From NCBI RefSeq assembly GCF_030013595.1, contig NZ_CP122768.1: DNA of 64,000 bases. One strand, written 5' to 3'. The DNA comes from Escherichia coli (GTDB taxonomy: Bacteria; Pseudomonadota; Gammaproteobacteria; Enterobacterales; Enterobacteriaceae). Positions 36,055-47,060 of the stretch are shown here, piece by piece (positions within the stretch are counted from its first letter, which is position 1; each line of letters begins with the position of its first letter). The notes beneath the pieces are model-generated. The model was not told the origin of the DNA, did not search any database, and was given only the letters and a program-made list of their open reading frames with translations. Position numbers and translations under genes: made by a program.

Positions 36055-37419
36055 ATGATTAGTGCATTCGATATTTTCAAAATTGGGATTGGTCCCTCCA
36101 GTTCGCATACCGTGGGGCCAATGAATGCCGGAAAAAGTTTTATTGATCGGCTGGAAAGTAGCGGCTTATTAACCGCGACGAGCCATATTGTGGTCGATCT
36201 GTACGGGTCGTTGTCACTGACGGGCAAAGGCCATGCCACGGATGTCGCCATTATCATGGGACTGGCAGGAAACAGTCCGCAGGATGTTGTCATTGATGAG
36301 ATCCCTGCATTTATAGAGTTAGTAACGCGCAGCGGGCGGCTGCCAGTGGCATCTGGTGCGCATATTGTTGATTTTCCTGTAGCAAAGAACATTATCTTCC
36401 ATCCCGAAATGTTGCCTCGCCATGAGAACGGAATGCGGATCACTGCCTGGAAGGGACAGGAAGCGCTATTAAGTAAAACCTATTACTCTGTCGGCGGCGG
36501 GTTTATTGTCGAAGAAGAACACTTCGGCCTGTCGCACGATGTCGAAACGTCCGTACCTTACGATTTCCACTCAGCAGGTGAACTGCTGAAAATGTGTGAT
36601 TACAACGGCCTGTCTATATCTGGTCTGATGATGCACAACGAGCTGGCGCTGCGCAGCAAAGCGGAAATTGACGCCGGTTTTGCCCGTATCTGGCAAGTGA
36701 TGCATGACGGTATTGAACGCGGGATGAACACTGAAGGCGTGCTGCCTGGTCCGCTCAATGTGCCGCGTCGTGCCGTAGCGCTGCGTCGTCAGCTGGTTTC
36801 CAGCGATAACATCTCTAACGATCCGATGAATGTCATCGACTGGATCAATATGTACGCGCTGGCGGTTAGTGAAGAAAACGCAGCTGGCGGGCGCGTGGTG
36901 ACGGCACCGACTAACGGTGCGTGCGGCATTATTCCGGCAGTGCTGGCTTATTACGATAAGTTCCGTCGTCCGGTAAACGAGCGGTCAATTGCCCGCTATT
37001 TTCTGGCAGCGGGGGCTATTGGCGCGCTGTATAAAATGAACGCCTCCATCTCTGGCGCGGAAGTCGGCTGTCAGGGGGAGATTGGCGTGGCCTGTTCAAT
37101 GGCGGCGGCAGGGTTAACTGAACTCCTGGGCGGCAGTCCGGCGCAGGTGTGCAATGCGGCGGAAATCGCGATGGAGCATAACCTTGGGCTGACCTGCGAT
37201 CCGGTTGCCGGACAGGTACAAATCCCGTGCATTGAACGTAATGCCATTAATGCCGTGAAAGCAGTAAATGCCGCACGGATGGCGATGCGCCGCACCTCGG
37301 CACCGCGTGTTTCACTCGATAAAGTGATCGAGACGATGTATGAAACCGGCAAAGATATGAACGATAAATACCGCGAAACATCACGCGGAGGACTGGCCAT
37401 TAAAGTGGTCTGCGGCTGA
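36055..37419 (+). CDS. tdcG: L-serine dehydratase TdcG (Fe-S, 454 aa)
   Basis: ORF track 36049..37419; start trimmed to [23 protein letters not shown] (SdaA family). Confidence 0.85.
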   Translation: MISAFDIFKIGIGPSSSHTVGPMNAGKSFIDRLESSGLLTATSHIVVDLYGSLSLTGKGHATDVAIIMGLAGNSPQDVVIDEIPAFIELVTRSGRLPVASGAHIVDFPVAKNIIFHPEMLPRHENGMRITAWKGQEALLSKTYYSVGGGFIVEEEHFGLSHDVETSVPYDFHSAGELLKMCDYNGLSISGLMMHNELALRSKAEIDAGFARIWQVMHDGIERGMNTEGVLPGPLNVPRRAVALRRQLVSSDNISNDPMNVIDWINMYALAVSEENAAGGRVVTAPTNGACGIIPAVLAYYDKFRRPVNERSIARYFLAAGAIGALYKMNASISGAEVGCQGEIGVACSMAAAGLTELLGGSPAQVCNAAEIAMEHNLGLTCDPVAGQVQIPCIERNAINAVKAVNAARMAMRRTSAPRVSLDKVIETMYETGKDMNDKYRETSRGGLAIKVVCG

Positions 37420-37442
37420 CATTACTGTCAGCTTTCATCCTT

Positions 37443-37475
37443 GGGTGCACAAATGTGCACCTTTTTTTTGTGATC
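37443..37475 (+). terminator. Intrinsic terminator of the tdc operon
   Basis: gggtgcac-aaat-gtgcacc hairpin followed by tttttttt immediately after tdcG. Confidence 0.6.
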
Positions 37476-37693
37476 TGCCGCAAATAGAGAATGAATATTC
37501 TCTTGCAGTTAATTTAGTAGAAAATTCTTATCCATCTCCGTTATTTCAAAGTCTTGATTGTGAAGATTTTCTCTGACCTCGCGCGTATCATTTCTTTATT
37601 CTAATAACTCGCCTGCAAAAACGTAGACTGCATATCGCCTTGATGCGGCTCGGAAAAAAATAATAAGCCCTACAAAATATTGAGCGAGAAATT

Positions 37694-39025
37694 ATGGAAA
37701 TTGCATCGAATAAAGGCGTCATTGCAGACGCTTCGACCCCGGCGGGTCGTGCTGGAATGAGTGAGAGCGAGTGGCGAGAAGCGATCAAATTCGACAGTAC
37801 TGACACCGGCTGGGTGATTATGAGTATCGGGATGGCGATTGGCGCGGGGATTGTTTTTCTCCCGGTGCAGGTCGGTTTGATGGGATTGTGGGTATTTTTG
37901 CTCTCATCGGTGATTGGTTACCCGGCAATGTATCTGTTTCAGCGGTTGTTTATTAATACGCTGGCAGAATCACCAGAATGTAAAGATTACCCGAGCGTCA
38001 TTAGCGGTTATTTAGGTAAAAACTGGGGCATCCTGTTAGGTGCGCTCTATTTCGTAATGCTGGTGATTTGGATGTTCGTCTATTCCACCGCCATCACCAA
38101 CGATAGTGCTTCCTATCTGCATACCTTCGGCGTGACGGAAGGGTTGCTGTCAGACAGTCCCTTTTATGGTCTGGTACTGATTTGCATTCTGGTGGCGATC
38201 TCTTCACGCGGCGAGAAATTGTTATTCAAAATTTCGACCGGCATGGTGCTGACCAAGCTGCTGGTGGTCGCTGCGCTGGGCGTGTCGATGGTGGGAATGT
38301 GGCATCTGTATAACGTCGGTTCGCTACCGCCGCTGGGGCTGCTGGTGAAAAACGCCATTATTACGCTGCCGTTTACCCTGACGTCGATTCTGTTTATCCA
38401 GACGTTAAGCCCGATGGTGATCTCTTATCGCTCGCGGGAAAAATCAATTGAAGTGGCGCGGCATAAAGCATTGCGGGCAATGAATATCGCGTTTGGCATT
38501 TTGTTTGTCACCGTCTTTTTCTACGCCGTGTCGTTCACGCTGGCGATGGGACATGACGAAGCGGTAAAAGCCTACGAGCAGAATATTTCCGCGTTGGCGA
38601 TTGCCGCACAGTTTATTAGCGGTGACGGCGCAGCGTGGGTGAAAGTGGTCAGCGTCATTCTCAATATCTTTGCTGTAATGACTGCATTCTTTGGCGTCTA
38701 TTTAGGCTTTCGCGAAGCAACGCAAGGGATCGTAATGAACATCCTGCGTCGCAAGATACCTGCCGAGAAGATTAACGAAAATCTCGTTCAGCGCGGCATC
38801 ATGATTTTCGCCATTTTGCTGGCCTGGAGCGCCATCGTACTGAACGCCCCGGTGTTGAGCTTCACCTCTATCTGTAGCCCGATTTTCGGCATGGTAGGGT
38901 GCCTGATCCCGGCGTGGCTGGTTTACAAAGTACCGGCATTGCACAAATACAAAGGGATGTCTCTGTACCTGATTATCGTCACTGGTTTGTTGCTTTGTGT
39001 TTCTCCGTTCCTGGCATTTTCTTGA
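37694..39025 (+). CDS. yhaO: HAAAP-family amino-acid transporter YhaO (also called CyuP/DlsT; 443 aa)
   Basis: ORF 37694..39025; paralogous to TdcC; synteny. Confidence 0.85.
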   Translation: MEIASNKGVIADASTPAGRAGMSESEWREAIKFDSTDTGWVIMSIGMAIGAGIVFLPVQVGLMGLWVFLLSSVIGYPAMYLFQRLFINTLAESPECKDYPSVISGYLGKNWGILLGALYFVMLVIWMFVYSTAITNDSASYLHTFGVTEGLLSDSPFYGLVLICILVAISSRGEKLLFKISTGMVLTKLLVVAALGVSMVGMWHLYNVGSLPPLGLLVKNAIITLPFTLTSILFIQTLSPMVISYRSREKSIEVARHKALRAMNIAFGILFVTVFFYAVSFTLAMGHDEAVKAYEQNISALAIAAQFISGDGAAWVKVVSVILNIFAVMTAFFGVYLGFREATQGIVMNILRRKIPAEKINENLVQRGIMIFAILLAWSAIVLNAPVLSFTSICSPIFGMVGCLIPAWLVYKVPALHKYKGMSLYLIIVTGLLLCVSPFLAFS

Positions 39026-39052
39026 TTTACCTGAAATTTTAAGGTTTTTAAT

Positions 39053-40363
39053 ATGTTTGATTCGACTTTAAATCCGTTATGGCAGCGTTACATCCTCGCC
39101 GTTCAGGAGGAGGTAAAACCGGCGCTGGGGTGTACTGAACCGATTTCACTGGCGCTGGCAGCGGCGGTTGCTGCGGCTGAACTGGAAGGTCCGGTTGAAC
39201 GTGTAGAAGCCTGGGTTTCGCCAAATCTGATGAAGAACGGTCTGGGCGTCACCGTTCCCGGCACGGGAATGGTGGGGCTGCCGATTGCGGCGGCGCTGGG
39301 AGCGTTAGGTGGAAATGCTAACGCCGGGCTGGAAGTGCTGAAAGATGCAACTGCGCAGGCAATTGCCGATGCCAAAGCACTGCTGGCGGCGGGGAAAGTC
39401 TCAGTTAAGATCCAGGAACCTTGCGATGAAATCCTCTTCTCACGCGCCAAAGTCTGGAACGGTGAGAAGTGGGCGTGTGTCACCATTGTCGGCGGGCATA
39501 CCAACATTGTGCATATTGAGACGCACAATGGTGTGGTGTTTACCCAGCAGGCGTGTGTGACAGAGGGCGAGCAAGAGTCGCCGCTGACGGTGCTTTCCAG
39601 GACGACGCTGGCTGAGATCCTGAAGTTCGTCAATGAAGTCCCGTTTGCGGCGATCCGCTTTATTCTCGATTCTGCGAAGTTAAATTGTGCGTTATCGCAG
39701 GAAGGTTTGAGCGGTAACTGGGGGCTGCATATTGGTGCGACGCTGGAAAAACAGTGCGCGCGCGGTTTGCTGGCGAAAGATCTCTCTTCATCCATTGTGA
39801 TTCGTACCAGCGCGGCATCCGATGCGCGTATGGGCGGCGCTACGCTTCCGGCAATGAGTAACTCCGGCTCGGGTAACCAGGGGATCACTGCAACAATGCC
39901 TGTGGTGGTGGTAGCAGAACACTTCGGGGCCGATGATGAACGGCTGGCGCGAGCGCTGATGCTTTCGCATTTGAGCGCGATTTACATCCATAACCAGTTA
40001 CCGCGTTTGTCTGCGCTTTGTGCCGCAACGACCGCAGCAATGGGGGCCGCCGCCGGGATGGCATGGCTGGTGGATGGGCGTTATGAAACCATCTCGATGG
40101 CGATCAGCAGTATGATCGGCGATGTCAGCGGCATGATTTGCGATGGTGCGTCGAACAGCTGCGCGATGAAGGTTTCGACCAGTGCTTCGGCTGCGTGGAA
40201 AGCGGTGTTAATGGCGCTGGATGATACCGCAGTGACCGGCAATGAAGGGATTGTGGCGCATGATGTTGAGCAGTCGATTGCCAACCTGTGTGCGTTAGCA
40301 AGCCATTCGATGCAGCAAACGGATCGGCAGATTATCGAGATTATGGCGAGCAAGGCCAGATAA
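39053..40363 (+). CDS. yhaM: L-cysteine desulfidase YhaM (CyuA; 436 aa)
   Basis: ORF 39053..40363; UPF0597 family; synteny. Confidence 0.85.
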   Translation: MFDSTLNPLWQRYILAVQEEVKPALGCTEPISLALAAAVAAAELEGPVERVEAWVSPNLMKNGLGVTVPGTGMVGLPIAAALGALGGNANAGLEVLKDATAQAIADAKALLAAGKVSVKIQEPCDEILFSRAKVWNGEKWACVTIVGGHTNIVHIETHNGVVFTQQACVTEGEQESPLTVLSRTTLAEILKFVNEVPFAAIRFILDSAKLNCALSQEGLSGNWGLHIGATLEKQCARGLLAKDLSSSIVIRTSAASDARMGGATLPAMSNSGSGNQGITATMPVVVVAEHFGADDERLARALMLSHLSAIYIHNQLPRLSALCAATTAAMGAAAGMAWLVDGRYETISMAISSMIGDVSGMICDGASNSCAMKVSTSASAAWKAVLMALDDTAVTGNEGIVAHDVEQSIANLCALASHSMQQTDRQIIEIMASKAR

Positions 40364-40444
40364 ACGCCAGGTTTTGGGTAACGTGCCGGATGCGATGCTG
40401 GCTGAACTGCACCCCAAATGTTGGACATAATCTGACATCTGAAG

Positions 40445-40975
40445 GTGCAGTTTATGAAACATTCATTTGAAGTAAAACTTGCCGCTGTAAATCATTACCT
40501 GGCTGGTCATGCAGGCATCATTTCTACGGCAAAACTCTTTCAACTTTCTCACACCAGCCTCTCACACTGGATTAATCTTTTTCTTCTTCACGGTCCTCGT
40601 GCACTGGATTGCAGACACAAGCGTAGCTATTCTCCTGAAGATAAACTTTGCGTGGTTCTTTATGCTCTCGGGCATTCTGAGTCTCTACCCCGGGTAGCTG
40701 CCCGGTTTAACATTCCCAGCCACAACACGGTTAAAAACTGGATAAAAGGCTACCGCAAATCTGGTAATGAGGCCTTTATCAGGCGCAGGAAGGAGAAAAG
40801 CATGACCCGTTCTGATGATACCCATGAAAACGAGGCAAACATGACGCCGGAAGAGATGAAGAATGAGCTGCGTTATCTTCGCGCAGAAAATGCATATCTG
40901 AAAGCCATGCAGGAGCATCTCCTGGAAAAAAAGCGCCAGGAGCTGGAGAAAAAACGAAAGTCATCCGGAGCCTGA
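40445..40975 (+). CDS. IS3-family transposase OrfA (HTH, leucine-zipper region; 176 aa)
   Basis: ORF 40445..40975; in-frame A_AAA_AAG slippery heptamer at 40927-40933 near the 3' end. Confidence 0.85.
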   Translation: MQFMKHSFEVKLAAVNHYLAGHAGIISTAKLFQLSHTSLSHWINLFLLHGPRALDCRHKRSYSPEDKLCVVLYALGHSESLPRVAARFNIPSHNTVKNWIKGYRKSGNEAFIRRRKEKSMTRSDDTHENEANMTPEEMKNELRYLRAENAYLKAMQEHLLEKKRQELEKKRKSSGA

Positions 40976-41079
40976 GGTGCGGACACTGCCAGTCTGACCT
41001 GTTAAAGGCTGCAGGGCTGGCCAGAAGCACGCTGTACTACCAGCTGTCACTGCAGAAGGCTAAGGACAAGTATGCTGAT

Positions 41080-41928
<849 letters not shown>

Positions 41929-41931
41929 TCT

Positions 41932-42099
41932 TTACGCGGTAGCTTCATCCTCGGCTAAACGCGTTTCAGCATCCGCGACGATGGCTTCCAGCTCGCTCAA
42001 CATCTCTTCATAGCCAAAATTATTGGCGGTGCGAGCAGGTTCTTTCGCCACCACGGGCTTCACTGGCTGACGCTTTTTGGCCGATTTTTTACTCATCAT
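41932..42099 (-). CDS. yhaL: Small protein YhaL (about 54 aa; below ORF-track size cut-off)
   Basis: Manual reverse-complement translation MMSKKSAKKRQPVKPVVAKEPARTANNFGYEEMLSELEAIVADAETRLAEDEATA; position between yhaK and yhaM. Confidence 0.6.
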   Translation of the reverse strand: MMSKKSAKKRQPVKPVVAKEPARTANNFGYEEMLSELEAIVADAETRLAEDEATA

Positions 42100-42118
42100 C
42101 ATCTCCCTGTAAAAACAA

Positions 42119-42820
42119 CTAGACAGGCAAATCTATCAGCAAAGCGCGCAGTGGGGAATCGGCAACCAGCGTAATGTTAGCCTCGTCACGAATAAACGCC
42201 CCATCACCGCAGGTCAGCGCCGCTTTCTCTTCATGATGCGTAAGCGCATGAAATTTCCCGTGAATCGATTGCAAATACGCGCGTGGTCCATGCAACTGGA
42301 AATTCGCACTTTCGCCTTTGTCGAGCACGATATGGTGCAGCCACACTTGCTGGCGCAGTTGCAGGCTACCCACTGTGCCCTCTGGCGAGGCGATTAATTG
42401 CTGCTTGCCCATATTAAGCGCCAGTTTTTGAATCAGCGGATTCTCTCGCTGCGGGCAGGCATCCAGCCAAAGCTGCATTCGCGTTAACGGTTTGTCTTTG
42501 CTGAGATTGTGTTCACTATAGCTGACACCCGGCTGGGTAGAGAGCAGCAACGCCTCTCCGGCTCTGGCCTGAACATGATTGCCTTCGCTGTCGCGATACT
42601 CTGCTTCTCCATCCAGAATCACATTTAAAATATCGACTTTGGGATAGGTTCGCGGCTGAAAGGCGGCACCTGGGGCCAGCACTTCCTGGTTAAGCACGCG
42701 CAGGGAGGCATAGCCTAACAATTTCGGGTCGAAGTAGTGTCCAAAGGAAAAAGTATACCGGGCCTGCAACCATCCGTAGTCTGCTTGTCCACACTGCCTG
42801 GCAGTTCGGGTAGTAATCAT
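42119..42820 (-). CDS. yhaK: Pirin-like bicupin protein YhaK (233 aa)
   Basis: ORF 42119..42820; divergent from yhaJ. Confidence 0.85.
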   Translation of the reverse strand: MITTRTARQCGQADYGWLQARYTFSFGHYFDPKLLGYASLRVLNQEVLAPGAAFQPRTYPKVDILNVILDGEAEYRDSEGNHVQARAGEALLLSTQPGVSYSEHNLSKDKPLTRMQLWLDACPQRENPLIQKLALNMGKQQLIASPEGTVGSLQLRQQVWLHHIVLDKGESANFQLHGPRAYLQSIHGKFHALTHHEEKAALTCGDGAFIRDEANITLVADSPLRALLIDLPV

Positions 42821-42924
42821 AATTCTTGACCTCTCTTTACTTCCTTTTATGGTAAGGGGCTGGACGCTACATTGTTAGCCAGATATTCTGCCCGGTATGT
42901 TCAAATTTCCTGAATGAGAACGAA

Positions 42925-43821
42925 ATGGCCAAAGAAAGGGCATTAACGCTGGAAGCACTACGGGTTATGGATGCGATCGATCGCCGGGGCAGTTTTGCGG
43001 CGGCGGCGGATGAGCTGGGACGCGTGCCTTCCGCACTTAGCTACACCATGCAAAAACTGGAAGAAGAGCTGGATGTGGTGCTGTTTGACCGCTCGGGCCA
43101 TCGCACCAAATTCACCAATGTCGGGAGGATGTTGCTGGAGCGAGGGCGCGTTTTGCTGGAAGCCGCAGATAAACTGACTACTGATGCGGAAGCTCTCGCG
43201 CGCGGTTGGGAAACGCATCTCACCATTGTGACCGAAGCGCTGGTACCGACACCTGCCTTTTTCCCGTTAATCGATAAACTGGCGGCAAAAGCCAATACCC
43301 AACTGGCAATTATCACCGAAGTGCTGGCGGGGGCGTGGGAACGGCTGGAGCAGGGGCGGGCGGATATCGTTATCGCGCCGGATATGCATTTTCGTTCCTC
43401 GTCGGAGATCAACTCGCGCAAGCTCTATACGTTAATGAACGTCTACGTTGCCGCGCCTGATCACCCGATTCATCAGGAGCCGGAACCGTTATCTGAAGTG
43501 ACGCGCGTGAAATATCGTGGAATTGCGGTGGCGGATACCGCTCGTGAGCGCCCGGTATTGACCGTACAGCTACTGGACAAACAGCCGCGTTTAACGGTGA
43601 GCACGATTGAAGATAAACGTCAGGCATTACTGGCGGGGCTTGGCGTGGCGACGATGCCGTATCCGATGGTCGAAAAAGATATTGCGGAAGGGCGGTTGCG
43701 TGTCGTCAGCCCGGAATCGACCAGCGAGATCGATATTATTATGGCCTGGCGTCGTGACAGTATGGGGGAAGCGAAATCCTGGTGTCTGCGGGAAATTCCC
43801 AAACTTTTTAGCGGAAAATAA
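42925..43821 (+). CDS. yhaJ: LysR-type transcriptional regulator YhaJ (298 aa)
   Basis: ORF 42925..43821; LysR HTH at N-terminus. Confidence 0.85.
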   Translation: MAKERALTLEALRVMDAIDRRGSFAAAADELGRVPSALSYTMQKLEEELDVVLFDRSGHRTKFTNVGRMLLERGRVLLEAADKLTTDAEALARGWETHLTIVTEALVPTPAFFPLIDKLAAKANTQLAIITEVLAGAWERLEQGRADIVIAPDMHFRSSSEINSRKLYTLMNVYVAAPDHPIHQEPEPLSEVTRVKYRGIAVADTARERPVLTVQLLDKQPRLTVSTIEDKRQALLAGLGVATMPYPMVEKDIAEGRLRVVSPESTSEIDIIMAWRRDSMGEAKSWCLREIPKLFSGK

Positions 43822-43871
43822 TGTTTGTTATTTTTAATAACAAGGGGCGAAATATCGCCCCAATTCTAAGA

Positions 43872-44228
43872 TTAATTTGAACCAAACTTCGGATCGTTTC
43901 CGTAACGATTGCTGCCAGAATTGCCTTCTAAACAGGCAAATACAAACAGAACTAACCAGCCAATGACCGGTACCAGATAGAGAAGCGCCCACGCACCTGA
44001 ACGGTCAGTATCGTGCAGACGACGAACGCACAGAGCAATGACCGGAATGATTGTTGCTGCCAGGTAAATGAGAGAAAGGAATGGAAACTCTAAACCTAAA
44101 ATCAATTGAATGACATTGATAATAGCGCCGACGATGGCGTTAATCAGAGTAAACATCCAGTACTCTTTACGACGTGCGCGACCAGAGAAACCAACATAAT
44201 TTTTTAATACGGCTAAATACCACTGCAT
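43872..44228 (-). CDS. yhaI: DUF805 inner-membrane protein YhaI (118 aa)
   Basis: ORF 43872..44228; MQWYLAVLKNYVGFSGRARRKEYW N-terminus; paralogous to neighbouring gene. Confidence 0.75.
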   Translation of the reverse strand: MQWYLAVLKNYVGFSGRARRKEYWMFTLINAIVGAIINVIQLILGLEFPFLSLIYLAATIIPVIALCVRRLHDTDRSGAWALLYLVPVIGWLVLFVFACLEGNSGSNRYGNDPKFGSN

Positions 44229-44469
44229 AAAAACATCCCTTTAATTAAAAGTTGCGAAAGTCTATTCCGGGGATGGAGTAAATGCTATTCGTATCTTTCT
44301 TTTTCGGATGTTATAAAGCTTTTGATATTTAAGATAAATATATGGTTATTTTTTATAGGTAATTTATATAACGACATTGAAATATTTTAAATAAACATTA
44401 GTAAATTATTCATTCATCAACATGATGATAAAAGCCGGATGAGTCAGACATCCGGCGAGCAGATTTGTT

Positions 44470-44834
44470 TTAAGGTTCCAGTTTTGGATCTGGTCCAAAG
44501 CGGTTTTCGCCTGGCGTACCCGCCTGGCAGTTAAAGACGATGATAATAAGCCAGCCGATAAACGGGATTAAGAACAGCAGTGCCCACCACGCCGAGCGGT
44601 CGGTGTCGTGCAGGCGGCGGAACTGAACCGCCCACCACGGTAAAAACACCAGAATACCGTAGATTGTTGTCAGGATGCCTTCGCCACCAGCGCGTTGCCA
44701 GCCTAACATTTTATCCAGCAGCCCCAGCACGAACGTAAAGATGATGTTGACCAGAATAAACATCCAGTACTCTTTGCGCCGCGCACGACCCGGAAACCGA
44801 CATAATTTTTTAGTACTTTCAGATACCAGTCCAT
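44470..44834 (-). pseudogene. yhaH: DUF805 inner-membrane protein YhaH with apparent 1-nt frameshift after codon about 15
   Basis: ORF track gives only 97 aa (44470..44763); a paralogous N-terminus MDWYLKVLKNYVGF starts at 44834 but is 71 nt (not 72) upstream of the internal ATG, so the two parts are out of frame. Confidence 0.6.
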
Positions 44835-44969
44835 TTTTGCCTCAATTTTGCTCAATCACTTGTTTTTAAAGCAGCAAATTAAGAATAGACGTGAATGAAA
44901 TGGCAGTAAATATTCGTTCAAGGAATTAATAAAGTGCCGTGAAGGCGCGCTAAGACTGATGACAAGCGC

Positions 44970-45075
44970 AAAATCGCCAGATGCGCTACGCTTATCTGGC
45001 CTACGCGGCATTGTAACATATTGAATATAAACGTTTTGTAGGTTGGAGAAAACGTTTACGCCGCATCCGACATAA
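44970..45075. repeat. REP/BIME cluster between yhaH and yqjG
   Basis: gccagatgcgctacgcttatctggcctac and gtaggttggagaaaacgtttacgccgcatccgacat resemble convergent palindromic units. Confidence 0.5.
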
Positions 45076-45125
45076 ATAACACGCACTTAGCTAATAATCA
45101 GAGGCACCTCGTAAGGTGCCTTTTT

Positions 45126-46112
45126 TTAACCGAAGCGAACATCTCGTCCATGCGGTTCATCGAGATCCTGCCACGGACCAATTGAAATAATCCCCGTAGG
45201 GTTGATGGTCTTATGGCTGCGGAAGTAGTGATTACGGATGTGTTCGAAATTGACAGTTTCGGCAATCCCCGGCATCTGGTAGATATCGCGCAGGAAACCA
45301 TACAGGTTCAGGTAATCGCTGATGCGGTGCTTATCACACTTGAAGTGGGTGACATACACCGGATCAAAACGCACCAGCGTGGTCCACAGGCGAATATCGG
45401 CTTCGGTTAGCTGGTTGCCGGTCAGGTAACGATGCTGGCCTAAAATCTGCTCCAGTCGCGCCAGCGATTCAAACACTTTCACTACCGCCTCGTCGTAGGC
45501 TTGCTGGCTGGTGGCAAAACCGGCTTTATACACGCCATTGTTAACGGTGTCATAAATCCAGGCGTTAAGTTCGTCAATTTTCGGTTGCAGGGCTGGTGGG
45601 TAGTAATCACCAGCTTTCGCGCCCAGCGCATCAAACGCGGTATTGAACATGCGGATGATTTCTGCTGATTCGTTGCTGACGATGGTGTGGTTCTTTTTGT
45701 CCCACAGCACGGGAACAGTAACTCGTCCGCTGTAGTGTGGATCGGCGTGGAGATAAAGCTGATACAGAAATTCATGTTGATAGAGCGTATCTCCGGTTGC
45801 TCCCGGAAAACTGTCATCAAAGGTCCAGCCGTTTTCCAGCATCAGCGGGTTCACTACGGAAACGGAAATAAATGGTTCCAGTCCTTTGAGTTTACGCATG
45901 ATCAGCGTACGGTGCGCCCACGGGCAGGCGAGTGAAACATAGAGATGATAACGATCTTTCTCTGCGGTAAAACCGCCTATGCCAGTGGGGCCAGGAGTGC
46001 CATCGGCAGTGAGCCAGTTACGAAATGCGGAAGCTGAACGTTGAAATTTACCGCCGGTGGATTTGGTATCGTACCAGGTGTCATGCCAGACGCCGTCAAT
46101 CAGTTGACCCAT
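45126..46112 (-). CDS. yqjG: Glutathionyl-hydroquinone reductase YqjG (Xi-class GST, 328 aa)
   Basis: ORF track 45126..46133; start trimmed to MGQLIDGVWHDTWYD; GST fold with CPWA active-site motif. Confidence 0.85.
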   Translation of the reverse strand: MGQLIDGVWHDTWYDTKSTGGKFQRSASAFRNWLTADGTPGPTGIGGFTAEKDRYHLYVSLACPWAHRTLIMRKLKGLEPFISVSVVNPLMLENGWTFDDSFPGATGDTLYQHEFLYQLYLHADPHYSGRVTVPVLWDKKNHTIVSNESAEIIRMFNTAFDALGAKAGDYYPPALQPKIDELNAWIYDTVNNGVYKAGFATSQQAYDEAVVKVFESLARLEQILGQHRYLTGNQLTEADIRLWTTLVRFDPVYVTHFKCDKHRISDYLNLYGFLRDIYQMPGIAETVNFEHIRNHYFRSHKTINPTGIISIGPWQDLDEPHGRDVRFG

Positions 46113-46130
46113 ATTTCTCTCCTCCAATAG

Positions 46131-46159
46131 CAAAAACGAGGAGTTTCCTCCTCGTTTTT
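46131..46159 (-). terminator. Hairpin plus U-tract between yqjF and yqjG (possible partial terminator)
   Basis: aaaaacgaggag-tttc-ctcctcgtttttt palindrome flanked by A/T runs on both sides. Confidence 0.45.
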
Positions 46160-46181
46160 TATCGTTAAGTATAGCGCGTGC

Positions 46182-46574
46182 TTACCACTTTTTATTCAGC
46201 AGGCGGTCGATGCTATACGCGCCCGGACCGGTAATTGCCAGCAGCAGGAATCCGCCAGAAATTGTCAGGTTTTTCATGAACATCAGCGAGTTGACGCCTT
46301 CAGCAAAGTTGCTGTGAAATAAAAATGCCGTCAGCAGCGTAAAGCCCGCAGTAAACAGGGCTGTGGTGCGAGTCAGGAAACCAAACAGGATTGCCAGACC
46401 ACCACCAAACTCAAGCAGAATCACCAGCGGCAGCATAAAGCCTGGGACACCCATCGCTTCCATATATTGTTGGGTACCCGCGTAGCCAGTAATTTTTCCC
46501 CAGCCTGCGGTAATAAACAGAATCGGCATTAAAATGCGCGCTACCAGTACACCAACATCTTCTAATTTTTTCAT
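46182..46574 (-). CDS. yqjF: DoxX-family inner-membrane protein YqjF (130 aa)
   Basis: ORF track 46182..46664; start trimmed to MKKLEDVGVLVARILMPILF. Confidence 0.8.
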   Translation of the reverse strand: MKKLEDVGVLVARILMPILFITAGWGKITGYAGTQQYMEAMGVPGFMLPLVILLEFGGGLAILFGFLTRTTALFTAGFTLLTAFLFHSNFAEGVNSLMFMKNLTISGGFLLLAITGPGAYSIDRLLNKKW

Positions 46575-46760
46575 CATACTCTCCACTGCGCCACTCAGGC
46601 TGCTGATTGTTTTTTTGTGCAAGGGCGCGGTATTAGCGTCGTTGCTGTCGATGGAGAGAATCATAAACGTGGTGAATGATGATTGTTAGCAAGGAAAACT
46701 GTCAAAAATCTTCAAAAAATTTGAGGGATAAGGCCGGAATGGCTCCGGCCAGAGAGGTTA

Positions 46761-47060
46761 TTAACCGCGAAGCTGTTGCTGCTTGAGGGTCGTTTTAACC
46801 AGACGCCAGGCGCTCCATAAGCCAAAACCGCGTCTGGCCCAGCGGACCAGCATATTAGGATGGCGAATCGTCCAGATCGCCATCACGCTACTGCCAACCA
46901 GCGCCCAGGAGCGCAGACTTAGCAGCATATTCCAGCGACGATCGTAAGCGCCTGTTGCCTCCAGCCATTCACGACGACTGGCAGAAAGATCCAGCCGTTG
47001 TTGCTGGATCTGGCTAAGCAGTTGCGCCTTACGTCGTTCACGTTCGACTTTACTGCTCAC
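46761..47060 (-). CDS. yqjK: Small protein YqjK (99 aa), GTG start
   Basis: ORF track 46761..47162 uses an upstream ATG; a GTG at 47058-47060 preceded by GAGGAGG gives the 99-aa product (V/MSSKVERERRKAQLL...). Confidence 0.7.
   Translation of the reverse strand: MSSKVERERRKAQLLSQIQQQRLDLSASRREWLEATGAYDRRWNMLLSLRSWALVGSSVMAIWTIRHPNMLVRWARRGFGLWSAWRLVKTTLKQQQLRG

Noticed and set aside
36055-37419. Possible strain difference in tdcG relative to K-12
   Set aside because: I recall early K-12 annotation splitting tdcG, but that was attributed to a sequence error; the gene is simply intact here, so nothing notable can be claimed without alignment.
45100-45127. Plus-strand hairpin plus T-run (ggcacctcgtaaggtgcc ttttttt), considered as terminator of an unannotated plus-strand sRNA
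   Set aside because: No plus-strand transcript source upstream; it sits directly after the yqjG stop on the minus strand and is most simply a bidirectional terminator for yqjG.
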